From assembly GCF_009914755.1 (NCBI RefSeq), contig NC_060943.1: 64,000 nucleotides of DNA; one strand, given 5' to 3'. Origin of the DNA: the human T2T-CHM13v2.0 reference genome, Homo sapiens. The notes beneath the pieces are model-generated. The model did no database searches and was not told the DNA's origin. It saw nothing but the letters and a program-made list of their open reading frames with translations. Shown here in pieces: positions 1-42,936 of this stretch (the stretch's first letter is position 1; each line of letters opens with the position of its first letter). The position numbers and the translations under genes were made by a program.

Positions 1-134
1 AAAGTCAGGGGTCCGGGCGCCAGCCCCCCATACCCCATTTCCAGGATCCAGCTCCCCAGCTCACGCCTCCCTTGGACGCAGGAGTCCGGAACCTCAGCCC
101 CCACCTCCCCTAAATCTAGCAGTTTGGATCCTAC

Positions 135-5448
<5,314 letters not shown>

Positions 5449-6095
5449 TGCCAAGGCCGGGATGGGGACCTGGACGGAGAGGGGGCAGGGCAGGGGCCCC
5501 ATAGAGGGCTGGCTCAGAGTGGAGGTCAGGAGGCCGCCCCTGAGAGTGAATTCAGCAGGGAAAGGGCCCGAAGGAGGTGGGAATAGGAGCAGCCTTGGGC
5601 CATAACTTCCGGATCCCAGGGGCTGTAGAGGAGGGGGCTGCACACCCGGACACCTTGCTCCGAGGAAGGAGGAAGCTGGGGACCCAGACACCTGGTCTGA
5701 AAGACAGGGCTGAGGGTCTCAACCCTGGGATCCTGGGAGGGGAGGGACCTGGAATCTGGGACTCCTGGGTCCTGAGGAGGAAGGGTTGCGGGTTGGGACC
5801 CCTGTGTCTAGGAAAGGGAGGAAGCAGAGGGGCCTGGAGTCTGGAATCTTGAAGGAGAAGGAGGTTAAGGGCTGGAACTCAATACTCTTAGGAGATGAGA
5901 ATCCAAGATCCTGGGTGGAGAGGGGAACGGGGCCCTGACAGGTTTCTGAGGAATAGAAGGGCCCCTGTGACCTGCATCTGAGAAGGAGTGAGTAGGGTGT
6001 CAGCCACCAGGTTCTCTGGGGAAGGGACTGGGACCAGAGAGGGGATAGAACCGTTGAGGAGTGCGCCCCCCCCGTCCACCCCAGGGGCTTCTCAC

Positions 6096-6145
6096 CAGGT
6101 GGGCTCGGCGAAGCTGTGCTCTGGGGCGGGTTGAGTCTAGAGGCC
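6096..6145 (-). other. MAMSTR: Probable MAMSTR non-coding exon 1 (5' end approximate)
   Basis: Donor GTGAG from 6095 on minus strand; GC boxes at ~6123-6172 upstream. Confidence 0.5.
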
Positions 6146-7020
6146 GAGGCTGGACACCACAGGCTCCGCCCCACCAGCCTGGGACCGCCTCCAACCCACC
6201 TTCCTGGGGTGTGACGGGAGCCCCGCCGGGGACCCTGAGAAGGGGTGGGAGCACCCGCTGGGAGGGCCTGTGCGGGCCTTGGGGGATGCTGGGGGGTGAG
6301 AGCGGGGACGTCAGGGTTCCCCGGCTCGCTCCTCCTGCACGTCCTGGGGTTGTGGGGTCGGGGGGAACGGTGGCAGGCGGACTGACAGAAGCAGGTGCCC
6401 GGAGAGGGGCGCCGGGTGAGCAGCAGCGGCAGGTGGTCGTGTCCTGGCCCTACCGGCAGGTGCCACCTGTCGCCTACTTTTTCCCTGACGCAGCAACTGG
6501 AGTCAAGTTCAGGGGAGTGAAAAGTTCAAACGGGGGGCCCAGATTCCTGGATCCAAGAAAGGAGAGGGATGGGGACCTGGAGTCCTGGGTTTAAAGAAAA
6601 AGAGGCAGGGGCCTCTGGGGTGTTGGGAACAGGGACAGAGGTGTTCGGATTCGGCGGTGTGCCCGGCAGGCAGAAAGGTCCAGAGGGGGCTGGGGACTTA
6701 GATTCCTGGGTCTGAGGGAGGAGGGGGCTAGAGTATGGATTTGGGGGGGTGTCGAAGGGAGAATCGCTGGTTCCCACTGGCAGGACTGAGGGGCTTATAA
6801 TCGGCAGAGCAAGCTTAGGGCCGTGTTCTGAGGGGTGTGGGAGGCTCCTCTGCTCTTGGGTTGGATTACATGCAAAAGGGCGAGCCAAGGCCGTGGCTAT
6901 AAATACCTCCTCAGACTCGGCAGGGGCCCAGACAAGGGCCCTGCAACCTTGTTCTGCAGAAAATCATCATTAGCGCCCCTGAGTCTTAACAATCGAGGCG
7001 CTGCCGATACCACGGATACC

Positions 7021-7026
7021 TTTATT
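7021..7026 (-). terminator. RASIP1: RASIP1 polyadenylation signal AATAAA
   Basis: TTTATT on + strand ~190 nt after the TGA. Confidence 0.85.
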
Positions 7027-7214
7027 GCTCCCTGGCATTCACATCCTAAGCCCATGCTCCCACCGTCCCATCCGCTACTTCCCGAAAACTCAATCTCCCA
7101 ACATTCCACGCGGGATAAGAACTACAACTCCCAGAAAGCTTTGCGCTCAGGCGGGCTCCTGTCCGTAGAAGCCCGTGACATTTCAAGGTTCGCGCGCTCG
7201 TTTGGTATTGGTTC

Positions 7215-26701
<19,487 letters not shown>

Positions 26702-26939
26702 GGCCCTAAGGGAAGGCGGGTAAGGCCCCAACTCCTAAGGCATTCTTGTGGGGATGGGGTGGAGGGAACCTGGACTCCGAGTCAGAGGGAGGAGGGGGCT
26801 GGGGCTCAGACTTGCGAGTCCAGGGGGAGGAGAGGGATGGTACCCTGGATTCCTGGGTCCTGGGATGGAAGATGGCTGGGGGACTGAGTCTTGGGGCCCA
26901 GGGAGGAGGGGTTTGGGCTGCTGGGTCCCTGGCTCTTAC

Positions 26940-27030
26940 CCTGCTTCGGGTCCGGCACACCCGGAGGCCCTGGCTCCACTGGCCTGGGTCAGTTCCACTG
27001 CTCTTGCCTCTGCCACGGCTCCCAGCACTG
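26940..27030 (-). other. RASIP1: Probable RASIP1 non-coding exon 1 (5' end approximate)
   Basis: Strong donor GTAAGA from 26939; GGAA (ETS) cluster 27041-27072 immediately upstream. Confidence 0.6.
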
Positions 27031-27325
27031 GGTGGGGGACAGGAAAAGGCAAGAGGAAACCCGGCAGGAAGAGCGGGGAGGGGGCGTCCTGTGAGGAGAC
27101 CAGGCCTGGGGGAGGAGATCTGGGTAGGGTTGGCCCTGCCCCATTCCTTGATTCTGGAATTACATCGCAGTCAGTTGGTCCCCTCCAGGACCCAAGGGTC
27201 CCGGTTTTCTGCCCTTCCTCCCTCAGGCCGGAGCCCATCCCCAGACCTCTCCTCTCGGGGAACCAAAGGCTAGAATCAGTCCCGTCCCGGGGAGTGAGTC
27301 AGATGCTTAGACAACAAGATAAATC

Positions 27326-32439
<5,114 letters not shown>

Positions 32440-33309
32440 TCAGGAAATCTCCAAATAAAGAGGACCTATGTCCTTCATCAAATGCCTCCGAAGTGTGAAA
32501 CTGAGCCCCAATCCAGGGGACCCAAAATTTAGGGTTCTCACTGAATCCCCCAACTGAGAGATCAGAAAAACTATTAAACAGGAATCACTCATAAGTCCCC
32601 AAACTCTGAACCTGGAATCTCCCAACCCCATGCGCCCCTTCCCAAAATCCCAAACTGTGGAATTTTCCAAGTCCCCAGATTGACGTGAGCCTGAACTCCA
32701 ACCCTTAAGAGCAACACCGAGGCACTCCCCCGCCAGCCCCCCAAAACCTGTTGAACCTCAAGCTGAAGATTCAATGCCCAAACCAATAAACATCTAACAC
32801 AGACCCAACCACGATATTATCAAACTCGGAACTCCTTCAAAACCAAAACACATACCAGATTTCTAGAACTGAGGACCCCACTAACACTTAAGCGAGACTC
32901 CATGCGGTCCTCTAGACCTAGGGGGCCCTTGTTCACCCTTCCCCAAAACTAACGGGCTTCCAATTTGCAGGGCGCACACTTCCGCTTAGAAAAAGGAGCC
33001 CCGATGCATCCTGAACAGTGATGCACCCTAAACAGCCGCTCCCCGACCTTGATTCCCGATTTGTGGCCTCTAACACTAGGGTTCATTGAGGAGCCCGGTC
33101 CAGGTTCTGAGGGCTTTTAAAGAGGAAGCCGGGGTCATGACCACCTACGCTAATTTTCCCAGGGGTAAAATCAAGGATTGTGTTGGGGACGAGGGTAAGG
33201 TTGGTTGCGTGAAATCGAGAGCTTTTCGACGGGGTCTGAGTCACGGACGATCCCCTCTCCACAAGGAACTCCTGAAACCACCCCCTCCGAGCTTCTCACG
33301 TAGGGGCCC

Positions 33310-33425
33310 GAATTCCTTTATAGATATTCCTTGGGGTTTTCCTCGGCCCCACCCAGAAACCCAACTCTGTCTGATTGGACTGCAACAAAGGGAGGTCCCG
33401 CCTATCGCTCCATGACGTCACAGAG
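33310..33425 (-). promoter_or_regulatory. IZUMO1: IZUMO1 promoter: TATAAA (33322-33317), CCAAT (33378-33374), full CRE TGACGTCA (33413-33420)
   Basis: Motifs in correct order and orientation upstream of IZUMO1. Confidence 0.65.
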
Positions 33426-34339
33426 GCTGCAGCCTTTTTGGACTAGAATTTTCCCAGCATCTAGGGAAGAGGAAGCCTCCTGACTACTCTGGCTTCCAGA
33501 GTCAAGGACCGGACTCAGGCCTTCAGTTTCCTCCCCTCCCCTTGCCCCAGGACCCAGGCTTTGGGCTAGATCCGGCCCCCCAGGCCGCTGCCGCCCCCAC
33601 CGCGGTCCTTGGAAACGGCTGTCGAGCCACGAAGTGGACATTTTAGCCCTAAGACTACAACTCCCAAAATGCCCTGGGGCCTCTTTCTCTGTAGCTGACT
33701 GGCGCTGCCAACCTCATAGCTTTCCGGGAAATGTAGTTCAGTGATAATCCGCTCCCTCCTCCGCCTCTTCTGCCCACGCGGAGGTCCCAGTGGGAGAAGA
33801 GGACTGGGGGCCAATACTGAGAGTCCAGGAGTGAGCAACTGGGGGCTCAGACGTTAGGGTCCTGGAAGGTCTCTCTCTCCTGTGTGATAGAAACAGGGAA
33901 CCAGAAAAACAGGGACCACAACTCACACAAGTCCAGCAACAAGGGGCTGTCAGATCTAAGTAGGGACAGTACTCCCAATCACGAGTAATAAAAATCCTCA
34001 GGGCCCGGCGCGGTGGCTCACGCTTGTAATTCCAGCGCTTTGGGAGGCCGAGGCGGGCAGATTGTCTGAGGTCAGGAGTTCGAGGCCAGCCTGGCTAACA
34101 TGGTGAAACCCCGTCTCTACTAAAAATACAAAAATTAGCTGGGCATGGTGGCGAACGTCTGTAGTCCCAGCTACTTGGGAGGCTGAGGCACCAGAATCCG
34201 AGAGGTGGGAGTTTGCAGTGGGCCGAGATCACACTACTGCACTCCAGCCTGGGCCACAGAGCAAGACTCGATCTCTGAAAAAAAATAAATTAATTAAAAA
34301 AAAATAAAAGTCTTCAGAAGTACCCCACCTTTTCCTCCA

Positions 34340-34346
<7 letters not shown>

Positions 34347-34386
<40 letters not shown>

Positions 34387-34402
34387 CCACACACACATAC
34401 AC
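34347..34402. repeat. (CA)n microsatellite between FUT1 3' end and IZUMO1 promoter
   Basis: ~18 uninterrupted CA units plus degenerate tail. Confidence 0.95.
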
Positions 34403-34454
34403 AGTGGCTCTGGCTCCAAAAAAGCTACAGAGACACGGGTTAGTGCTGTAGACT

Positions 34455-34460
34455 TTTAAT
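34455..34460 (-). terminator. FUT1: Probable FUT1 polyadenylation signal ATTAAA
   Basis: TTTAAT on +, followed on minus by GT-rich (GT)n tract. Confidence 0.55.
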
Positions 34461-35298
34461 TCATACCTCCTGCTCTCTCACCCGTGGCAGCTGAGTTGGG
34501 AACAGTACTGTAACAATTGTAACTGTAACTCCCTGATAAGCCTACAGGCATGGGGTCTGGATGAGTAGACAGGGGATGTGATCAGAGCTGACTATGTTTA
34601 AGGTTTCTTCTTTCACCCTCCAAAAAACAGCAAGGGGCTCCTGAGATCTCGACAACCCCGTCCACCTTGGCCAGACCTCGTGCTCCTGCCTGGATCTGAG
34701 GCTGGGTCCAGGGTCTGCCTACCTTTAGATCGTTTTATCTCAGACCTGCCCAAAGCCAGATGTAGTGGTTCTGGGAGTTCAGGGACAGACAGTGGTTAGC
34801 AATGAGCACGGTACCTGCCAGTTTGTCACAAGCACAGAGGGTGTGTTTATACCTGCACACTTCCAGAAAACAGATCCCAGACCCTCAGCAGCCCACCTGC
34901 AGACAAAGACCAACTTCCTTCATTGTGAGAGGCAACCTGAACTCACACCCAATATATGGAGCTCTTGGCAGTTTATGAGCTTTAAAAAAAAGTGTCCCTG
35001 GATCCCTGGAAAGTTCTGCTCCAGAAGCTGTACCATTTTGGCAGTGATCCCTCACCCCACGTTCACATTTTAGCCTGTCTGCTCAAAACAAACAAAAAAA
35101 AGTCTTTGAGGGGCTGTGGGGCTTGTTGGACAGAGTCCCGCTCTGCTCACCAACTACCCCAGCTTTTCCAGAGACTGTGAACAGAGCAAGACGCTGGCCA
35201 ACTAGAGATGGTTTGTTTTCCATCTCAATTTTTCCAGCAATGGTGGAACATTCATTAGATGCTACAATTAGGTTGCACATTCATTAGATTCTTCACTT

Positions 35299-36062
<764 letters not shown>

Positions 36063-36613
36063 CTAAAAAGATTCTTCACCTTAGTTATCTGGATTTCCAG
36101 AACCCCATCCTGTCCATAAGGGCCCTGCAGGGTTCTTCACAGGCATCAAACCTGGTCCTCTTTAGAACAAGTCTCCCTCTAGAATCACTCCAGAAACACA
36201 GAAGGGGACTTGGTGAATGCTTGCTCTGGAGCAATCATATGCTCCTTCAGTCTTTGGAGGACCCAGGGGAGAAGTAACCCCTCTTCTAGAGTAGACCAGA
36301 GGGAGAGTTCCCCATTCCTGGGGGCAGCCATCTGGAAGTACTGTAGATATGGGCTGGGAAGAGCAGGTGGGCACTGTGGCTTCTAGAACTGCCTGCCAGC
36401 CATCAGGAAAAGATGTTTTGCTAGTTCTAGAATGTTCAGACAGTTCCAGAAACGTCCCCCTTCTCTCCAACTCTCCCAACTAGAATCACTCTGGATACGG
36501 GCACCCATTTGCTTCAGGAACACCACAAGCTTCTCCAGAAGATGCCAGGCCTCTGAAGCCATGTACTGCTGGCTCTAGAAAGATCAGGCTACTTCAGAAA
36601 GTCTCCCTGGCTC

Positions 36614-37711
36614 TCAAGGCTTAGCCAATGTCCAGAGTGGAGACAAGTCTGCATTAATGCCCACCCACTCGGGCAGGAAGGCCGCCTCCGGCTTAAAGAT
36701 CTTCAGGAACTCAGAGTCTGGCAGGGTGAAGTTGGCCAGGTAGACAGTGTCTCCGCCAGCCAGGTAGGCAGCCCAGAAGCCGAAGGTGCCAATGGTCATA
36801 ATGGTGTGGTTGCACTGTGTGAGCAGGGCAAAGTCTTTCCACGGTGTAGCCTCCTGTCCATCGCCAGCAAACGTCACATCGCCCTGGGAGGTGTCGATGT
36901 TTTCTTTACACCACTCCATGCCGTTGCTGGTGACCACGAAAACGGGGGCTTCGTGCCGTGCCCGGAACCAGTCCATGGCCTGCCGGAGGTAGGCGCTGTC
37001 GCCCACCACACCCTTCCAGCGCTGAGGCATAACCTGCAGATAGTCCCCACGGCGCACGTGGACGCCGACAAAGGTGCGCGGGCGGTCCCCTGTGCGGCCC
37101 AGGCGGAGCTGACCCAGCACACTCTGCGCCTCTTCCCGAAGGTGGTCGTGCAGGGTGAACTCTCTGCGGATCTGTTCCCGGAGATGGTGGAAGAAAGTCC
37201 AAGAGCAGGGGAAGCCAGAGAGCTTCAGGAAAGGATCTCTCAAGTCCGCGTACTCCTCCGACATCCAGTCGTGAAGCTGCAGCTCCCGCCACGGCGTGCG
37301 GCTGTCCACTTCTGGGGCCAGCACGGGCAGGGTGATGCGGAATACCGGGGCCAGGGCGGCATGCATGGCAGGCAGGATAAAGGCCCGGCGGCCGTTGAGC
37401 TGGGCCAGAGCCAGCAGCGTGGCATACTGTCCCATCTGATTACCAAACCGGCCATTGGGGTAGACAGTCCAGGTGCCGGAGAGGGAAGCAGGGTGCTGGG
37501 GACAGGAAGAGGAGGCGTTGGGGCCCATCGCAGTACCCGGCAGGCAGAAGATGGCCACTGGGGGTGTCACCAGGCGGCGGTCTGGACACAGGATCGACAG
37601 GCCTAGGCCATGTGGAAAGCTGTCTTGATGGATATGGAGGAAGAAGATTACAGAGAGGACACAGACTAGCAGGAAGGCCAGGCAGAGCTGACGATGGCTC
37701 CGGAGCCACAT
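36614..37711 (-). CDS. FUT1: Galactoside alpha-(1,2)-fucosyltransferase 1 (H blood group enzyme), 365 aa, intact
   Basis: [27 protein letters not shown] type II TM; GT11 motifs [11 protein letters not shown] and [11 protein letters not shown]; 1098 nt; acceptor CAG 2 nt before ATG. Confidence 0.98.
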   Translation of the reverse strand: MWLRSHRQLCLAFLLVCVLSVIFFLHIHQDSFPHGLGLSILCPDRRLVTPPVAIFCLPGTAMGPNASSSCPQHPASLSGTWTVYPNGRFGNQMGQYATLLALAQLNGRRAFILPAMHAALAPVFRITLPVLAPEVDSRTPWRELQLHDWMSEEYADLRDPFLKLSGFPCSWTFFHHLREQIRREFTLHDHLREEAQSVLGQLRLGRTGDRPRTFVGVHVRRGDYLQVMPQRWKGVVGDSAYLRQAMDWFRARHEAPVFVVTSNGMEWCKENIDTSQGDVTFAGDGQEATPWKDFALLTQCNHTIMTIGTFGFWAAYLAGGDTVYLANFTLPDSEFLKIFKPEAAFLPEWVGINADLSPLWTLAKP

Positions 37712-37960
37712 GGCTGCAGGGGAGGAAAGGCGAATTAGCAAATGCTCTGAGGCTGAGGAGGGGAGGCTGAGGAGGGATGTGGGGTAAGGGAGGCGCCTGG
37801 GGTGCAGCACTCCTTAGTCCCAGGGAAAGAGGAAGTTAAAGGTTTAGACTCCTGGGGCTGAGGTAGGGAGAGCCTGAGTCCTAGGTTTCAGGGATGAGAG
37901 CCTTGGAATTTCGGGGCATGGGGACTGGAAGACAAGTGGTTTTCAAGATAGCCATGGTTT

Positions 37961-38565
<605 letters not shown>

Positions 38566-38919
38566 AAAGTGGTCCAGGTTCCTACACCTTTCCTGAAGGA
38601 ATCTCGAGTCTCCCCTCCTGTAAGTTCCGCTGATACTGGACTCTTCCACCAGCCTGTTTCTCAGGAGTACCTGTCTGTGAGGCGCAAAATCCACCACAGA
38701 GGTGGTGATGGGAAACGATAGTTCAAGTAAAACAAGAGAGGCTGGAGGGTCAGGAGCGGAAGGAGCATCTTGGTTCCTGGAGGAGTAATGGCTGGGGAGG
38801 TGGCGGAGATTCCTAGGGCCTTAGGAAGACCTGGAGAAGAGGTTGGGGGTGCACCTCCTGGTTCTGAAGGAGTTGTTCCTGGGTCCCAGGAACAACTGAG
38901 TGGGGCAGTCCCCACTTAC

Positions 38920-39020
38920 CCGAGCTGCTTGCAGGTGGCAGATCCACAGTCCGCTTTTCGTGGCCGGAGCGCACCCTCCGCAAAGGCAGGCCACATCCGG
39001 CCGCCCCTGGAACGCCAGGC
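38920..39020 (-). other. FUT1: FUT1 non-coding 5' exon (5' end variable/approximate)
   Basis: Donor GTAAGT from 38919; ...CAAGCAGCTCGG spliced to CCATG matches the FUT1 cDNA leader as recalled. Confidence 0.75.
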
Positions 39021-39670
39021 GTCCGGCTATCCGGCCCGGCAGCCCTCCCCTCCGCGCAGCCTGTCCGGACTGGCAGCGAGGGCTTGGGGAGGAGAGGAAG
39101 GAGAGGGCGCGGCCGGGAGTCTCGCAGCGTCCGCCCTCCCGGGCCGGGCGGATGGCTGGAAGGTGGAGCCCCGCCCGTCACTTGGCGCCGAGCCCCAGCG
39201 CCAGGGGCTAAGGCGATGGCCCCTGGGCCCACCGCTCCCCAGATCGGGGATGCAGGGGACCGCGCCCTGCCCCTCCGCCCCGTCATTGACCTGCGCGAAG
39301 GCTTCACCCAGGGCAGGCTACCTGGCTTCTGAGCAGCCGCAGCATCATTGCGTGGACCAGGAGACGGAGCGCCCAGTTGCAATGCTGGAGCCGGGAGGTC
39401 CAATCCGCCGCCCTCTCTCTTCCGGTGCCAGGGCTTAGAGTCGGCCCCCGACACCTGGGTGCTTCGAGCCTGGCCACGCCCCAGCGGCTGGGCAGGGCCC
39501 CCGCACCTGGTCCCGGCGAGTGGAGCGATCGTCCGCCCTCTGCCGCGTCCTCCTGGGGGACGGAGAACCTGTTTGCCAGGCTGCCGCCGGAGCGCGCGAG
39601 GGCCTCCAGCCTGCAGGTGCTCCCGCGCCCACCAGGGTCTCCGATCTCCCACACCCCCCGCCTCACCGTC
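38950..39670. promoter_or_regulatory. FUT1: CpG island / FUT1 proximal promoter
   Basis: High GC and CpG density, GC boxes. Confidence 0.75.
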
Positions 39671-39948
39671 CACACTCAAATTCCAGAATCCCAGCCCCTA
39701 GTCACTCCTTTTGGGGAATTCTAGGGTCCCGTGCCAAACTGCTACTTTCCAGACCTGCACTGCACGAAGGCAACCATTCCAAGGCTGGAGACCGGAGTGG
39801 AACAGGGTCTGTTTCCCACGCCGTCAGCGGGGGCCGTGGCTGCCGGCGCCAGAGACAAAGGCCTCTGCCCGCTTGTCACCTAATTAAAGCATTTTCTCTG
39901 GTCCAAGGCCCACCTCCAGCATCGCCAACCCCGAGCAGGGCAGGCTAA

Positions 39949-41214
<1,266 letters not shown>

Positions 41215-41329
41215 GACTGACCCTCCCATTCAAGATACATCAATGTCAAAGACTCAGGAGTTTGACTTGATTCCCAGAAGTTTAACCATCATCTCCCCAG
41301 GCTCGGGACTCCCAGCACCCAGACCCTTC

Positions 41330-41742
41330 TGCTCACACCCAGCAGTCCAGGCCCCCAGACCCTCCTCCCTCAGACTTAGGAGTCCAGGCTCCCGGCCCCT
41401 CCTTCCTCAGACCCAGGAGTCCAAGCCCCCTGCCCCTCCTTCCTCAGACCCAGGAGTCCAGGACCCCAGCCCCTCCTTCCTCACACCCACGAGTCCAGAT
41501 CCCTAGCCCCTACTCCCTCAGACCCAGGAGTCCAGACCAAAGCTCCCTCCTCCCTCAGACCCAGGAGCCCAAGTTCCCCAGCCCCTCCTCCCTCAGATCC
41601 AGGAGTACAGGCCCAGCCCCTCCTCCCTCAGATCCAGGAGTACAGGCCCAGACCCTCCTCCCTCAGACCCAGGAGTCCAGGCCCCCCACCCCTCCTCCCT
41701 CAGACCCAGGAGTCCAGAGCCCCAGCCCTCCTCCCTCAGACA
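41330..41742 (-). repeat. MSR1-type ~36-37 bp minisatellite array (~11 units)
   Basis: Repeated CCCTCCTCCCTCAGACCCAGGAGTCCAGGCCCCCAG. Confidence 0.9.
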
Positions 41743-41754
41743 CAGAAGGCCTAC

Positions 41755-41810
41755 CCTTGCACCCTTAGGGGCTCCAGGAAATTAGCCAACCTGTCTTCCC
41801 TCTGGGTGCC
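41755..41810 (-). other. FUT1: Possible distal FUT1 non-coding first exon
   Basis: Donor-like AAGG/GTAGG at 41754 directly followed by MSR1 array; head-to-head with FGF21; extent uncertain. Confidence 0.4.
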
Positions 41811-41933
41811 CACTCCAGGGCCTGGCTTGGCTGCCAACTCCAGTCAGGGACTTTCAGCCACCCCTCCCCCCAGGTTATTTCAGGAGCACCTGCCTGGGCC
41901 TGGGATGGCTTCTCTGGTGAAAGAAACACCAGG

Positions 41934-42511
41934 ATTGCATCAGGGAGGAGGAGGCTGGGATGTCCAGGGTCTGAGCATCTGAGCAGGGACAGATGAGGTT
42001 GAGGTTGGCCCACGGCCAGGTGAGAGGCTTCCAAGGCAGGATACTTGTGTCTCAGATGCGGTCGCTTCTTTCATACAGCAATTGCCGCCTTGCTGAGGAT
42101 CAAGGAACCTCAGTGTCAGATCACGCCCTCCCCCCAAACTTAGAAATTCAGATGGGGCGCAGAAATTTCTCTTGTTCTGCGTGATCTGCATAGATGGTCC
42201 AAGAGGTGGTTTTTCCAGGAGCCCAGCACCCCTCCTCCCTCCGACTCAGGTGCTTGAGACCCCAGATCCTTCTCTCTGAGACTCAGGAATGTGGGCCCCC
42301 AGCCCCTTTCACCTGGGTCCCAGCTAACCCGATCCTCCCCTCCCTCATCCCCTAGACCCAGGAGTCTGGCCCTCCATTGAAAGGACCCCAGGTTACATCA
42401 TCCATTCAGGCTGCCCTTGCCACGATGGAATTCTGTAGCTCCTGCCAAATGGGTCAAATATCATGGTTCAGGCGCAGGGAGGGTGATTGGGCGGGCCTGT
42501 CTGGGTATAAA
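41934..42511 (+). promoter_or_regulatory. FGF21: FGF21 promoter: two C/EBP-ATF (AARE) sites ATTGCATCA 41934-41942 and GTTACATCA 42392-42400, DR1-like GGGTCAAATATCA 42451-42463, inverted CCAAT/GC box 42486-42494, TATAAA 42506-42511
   Basis: Motifs seen directly; ATF4 and PPARalpha control of FGF21 is established. Confidence 0.8.
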
Positions 42512-42701
42512 TTCTGGAGCTTCTGCATCTATCCCAAAAAACAAGGGTGTTCTGTCAGCTGAGGATCCAGCCGAAAGAGGAGCCAGGCACTCAGGCCACC
42601 TGAGTCTACTCACCTGGACAACTGGAATCTGGCACCAATTCTAAACCACTCAGCTTCTCCGAGCTCACACCCCGGAGATCACCTGAGGACCCGAGCCATT
42701 G

Positions 42702-42936
42702 ATGGACTCGGACGAGACCGGGTTCGAGCACTCAGGGCTGTGGGTTTCTGTGCTGGCTGGTCTTCTGCTGGGAGCCTGCCAGGCACACCCCATCCCTGAC
42801 TCCAGTCCTCTCCTGCAATTCGGGGGCCAAGTCCGGCAGCGGTACCTCTACACAGATGATGCCCAGCAGACAGAAGCCCACCTGGAGATCAGGGAGGATG
42901 GGACGGTGGGGGGCGCTGCTGACCAGAGCCCCGAAA
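42702..42936 (+). CDS. FGF21: FGF21 coding exon 1
   Basis: ATG 42702, donor GTGAGT. Confidence 0.96.

Noticed and set aside
36806-37606. 266-aa antisense ORF over FUT1
   Set aside because: Antisense shadow of a GC3-rich CDS; no independent evidence
36614-37711. Bombay/para-Bombay inactivating change in FUT1
   Set aside because: Frame intact at 365 aa with conserved motifs; no lesion seen
37712-37810. 33-aa N-terminal extension in the 398-aa FUT1 ORF call
   Set aside because: Starts at a non-ATG codon inside the intron; pyrimidine tract and CAG acceptor lie 2 nt before the true ATG
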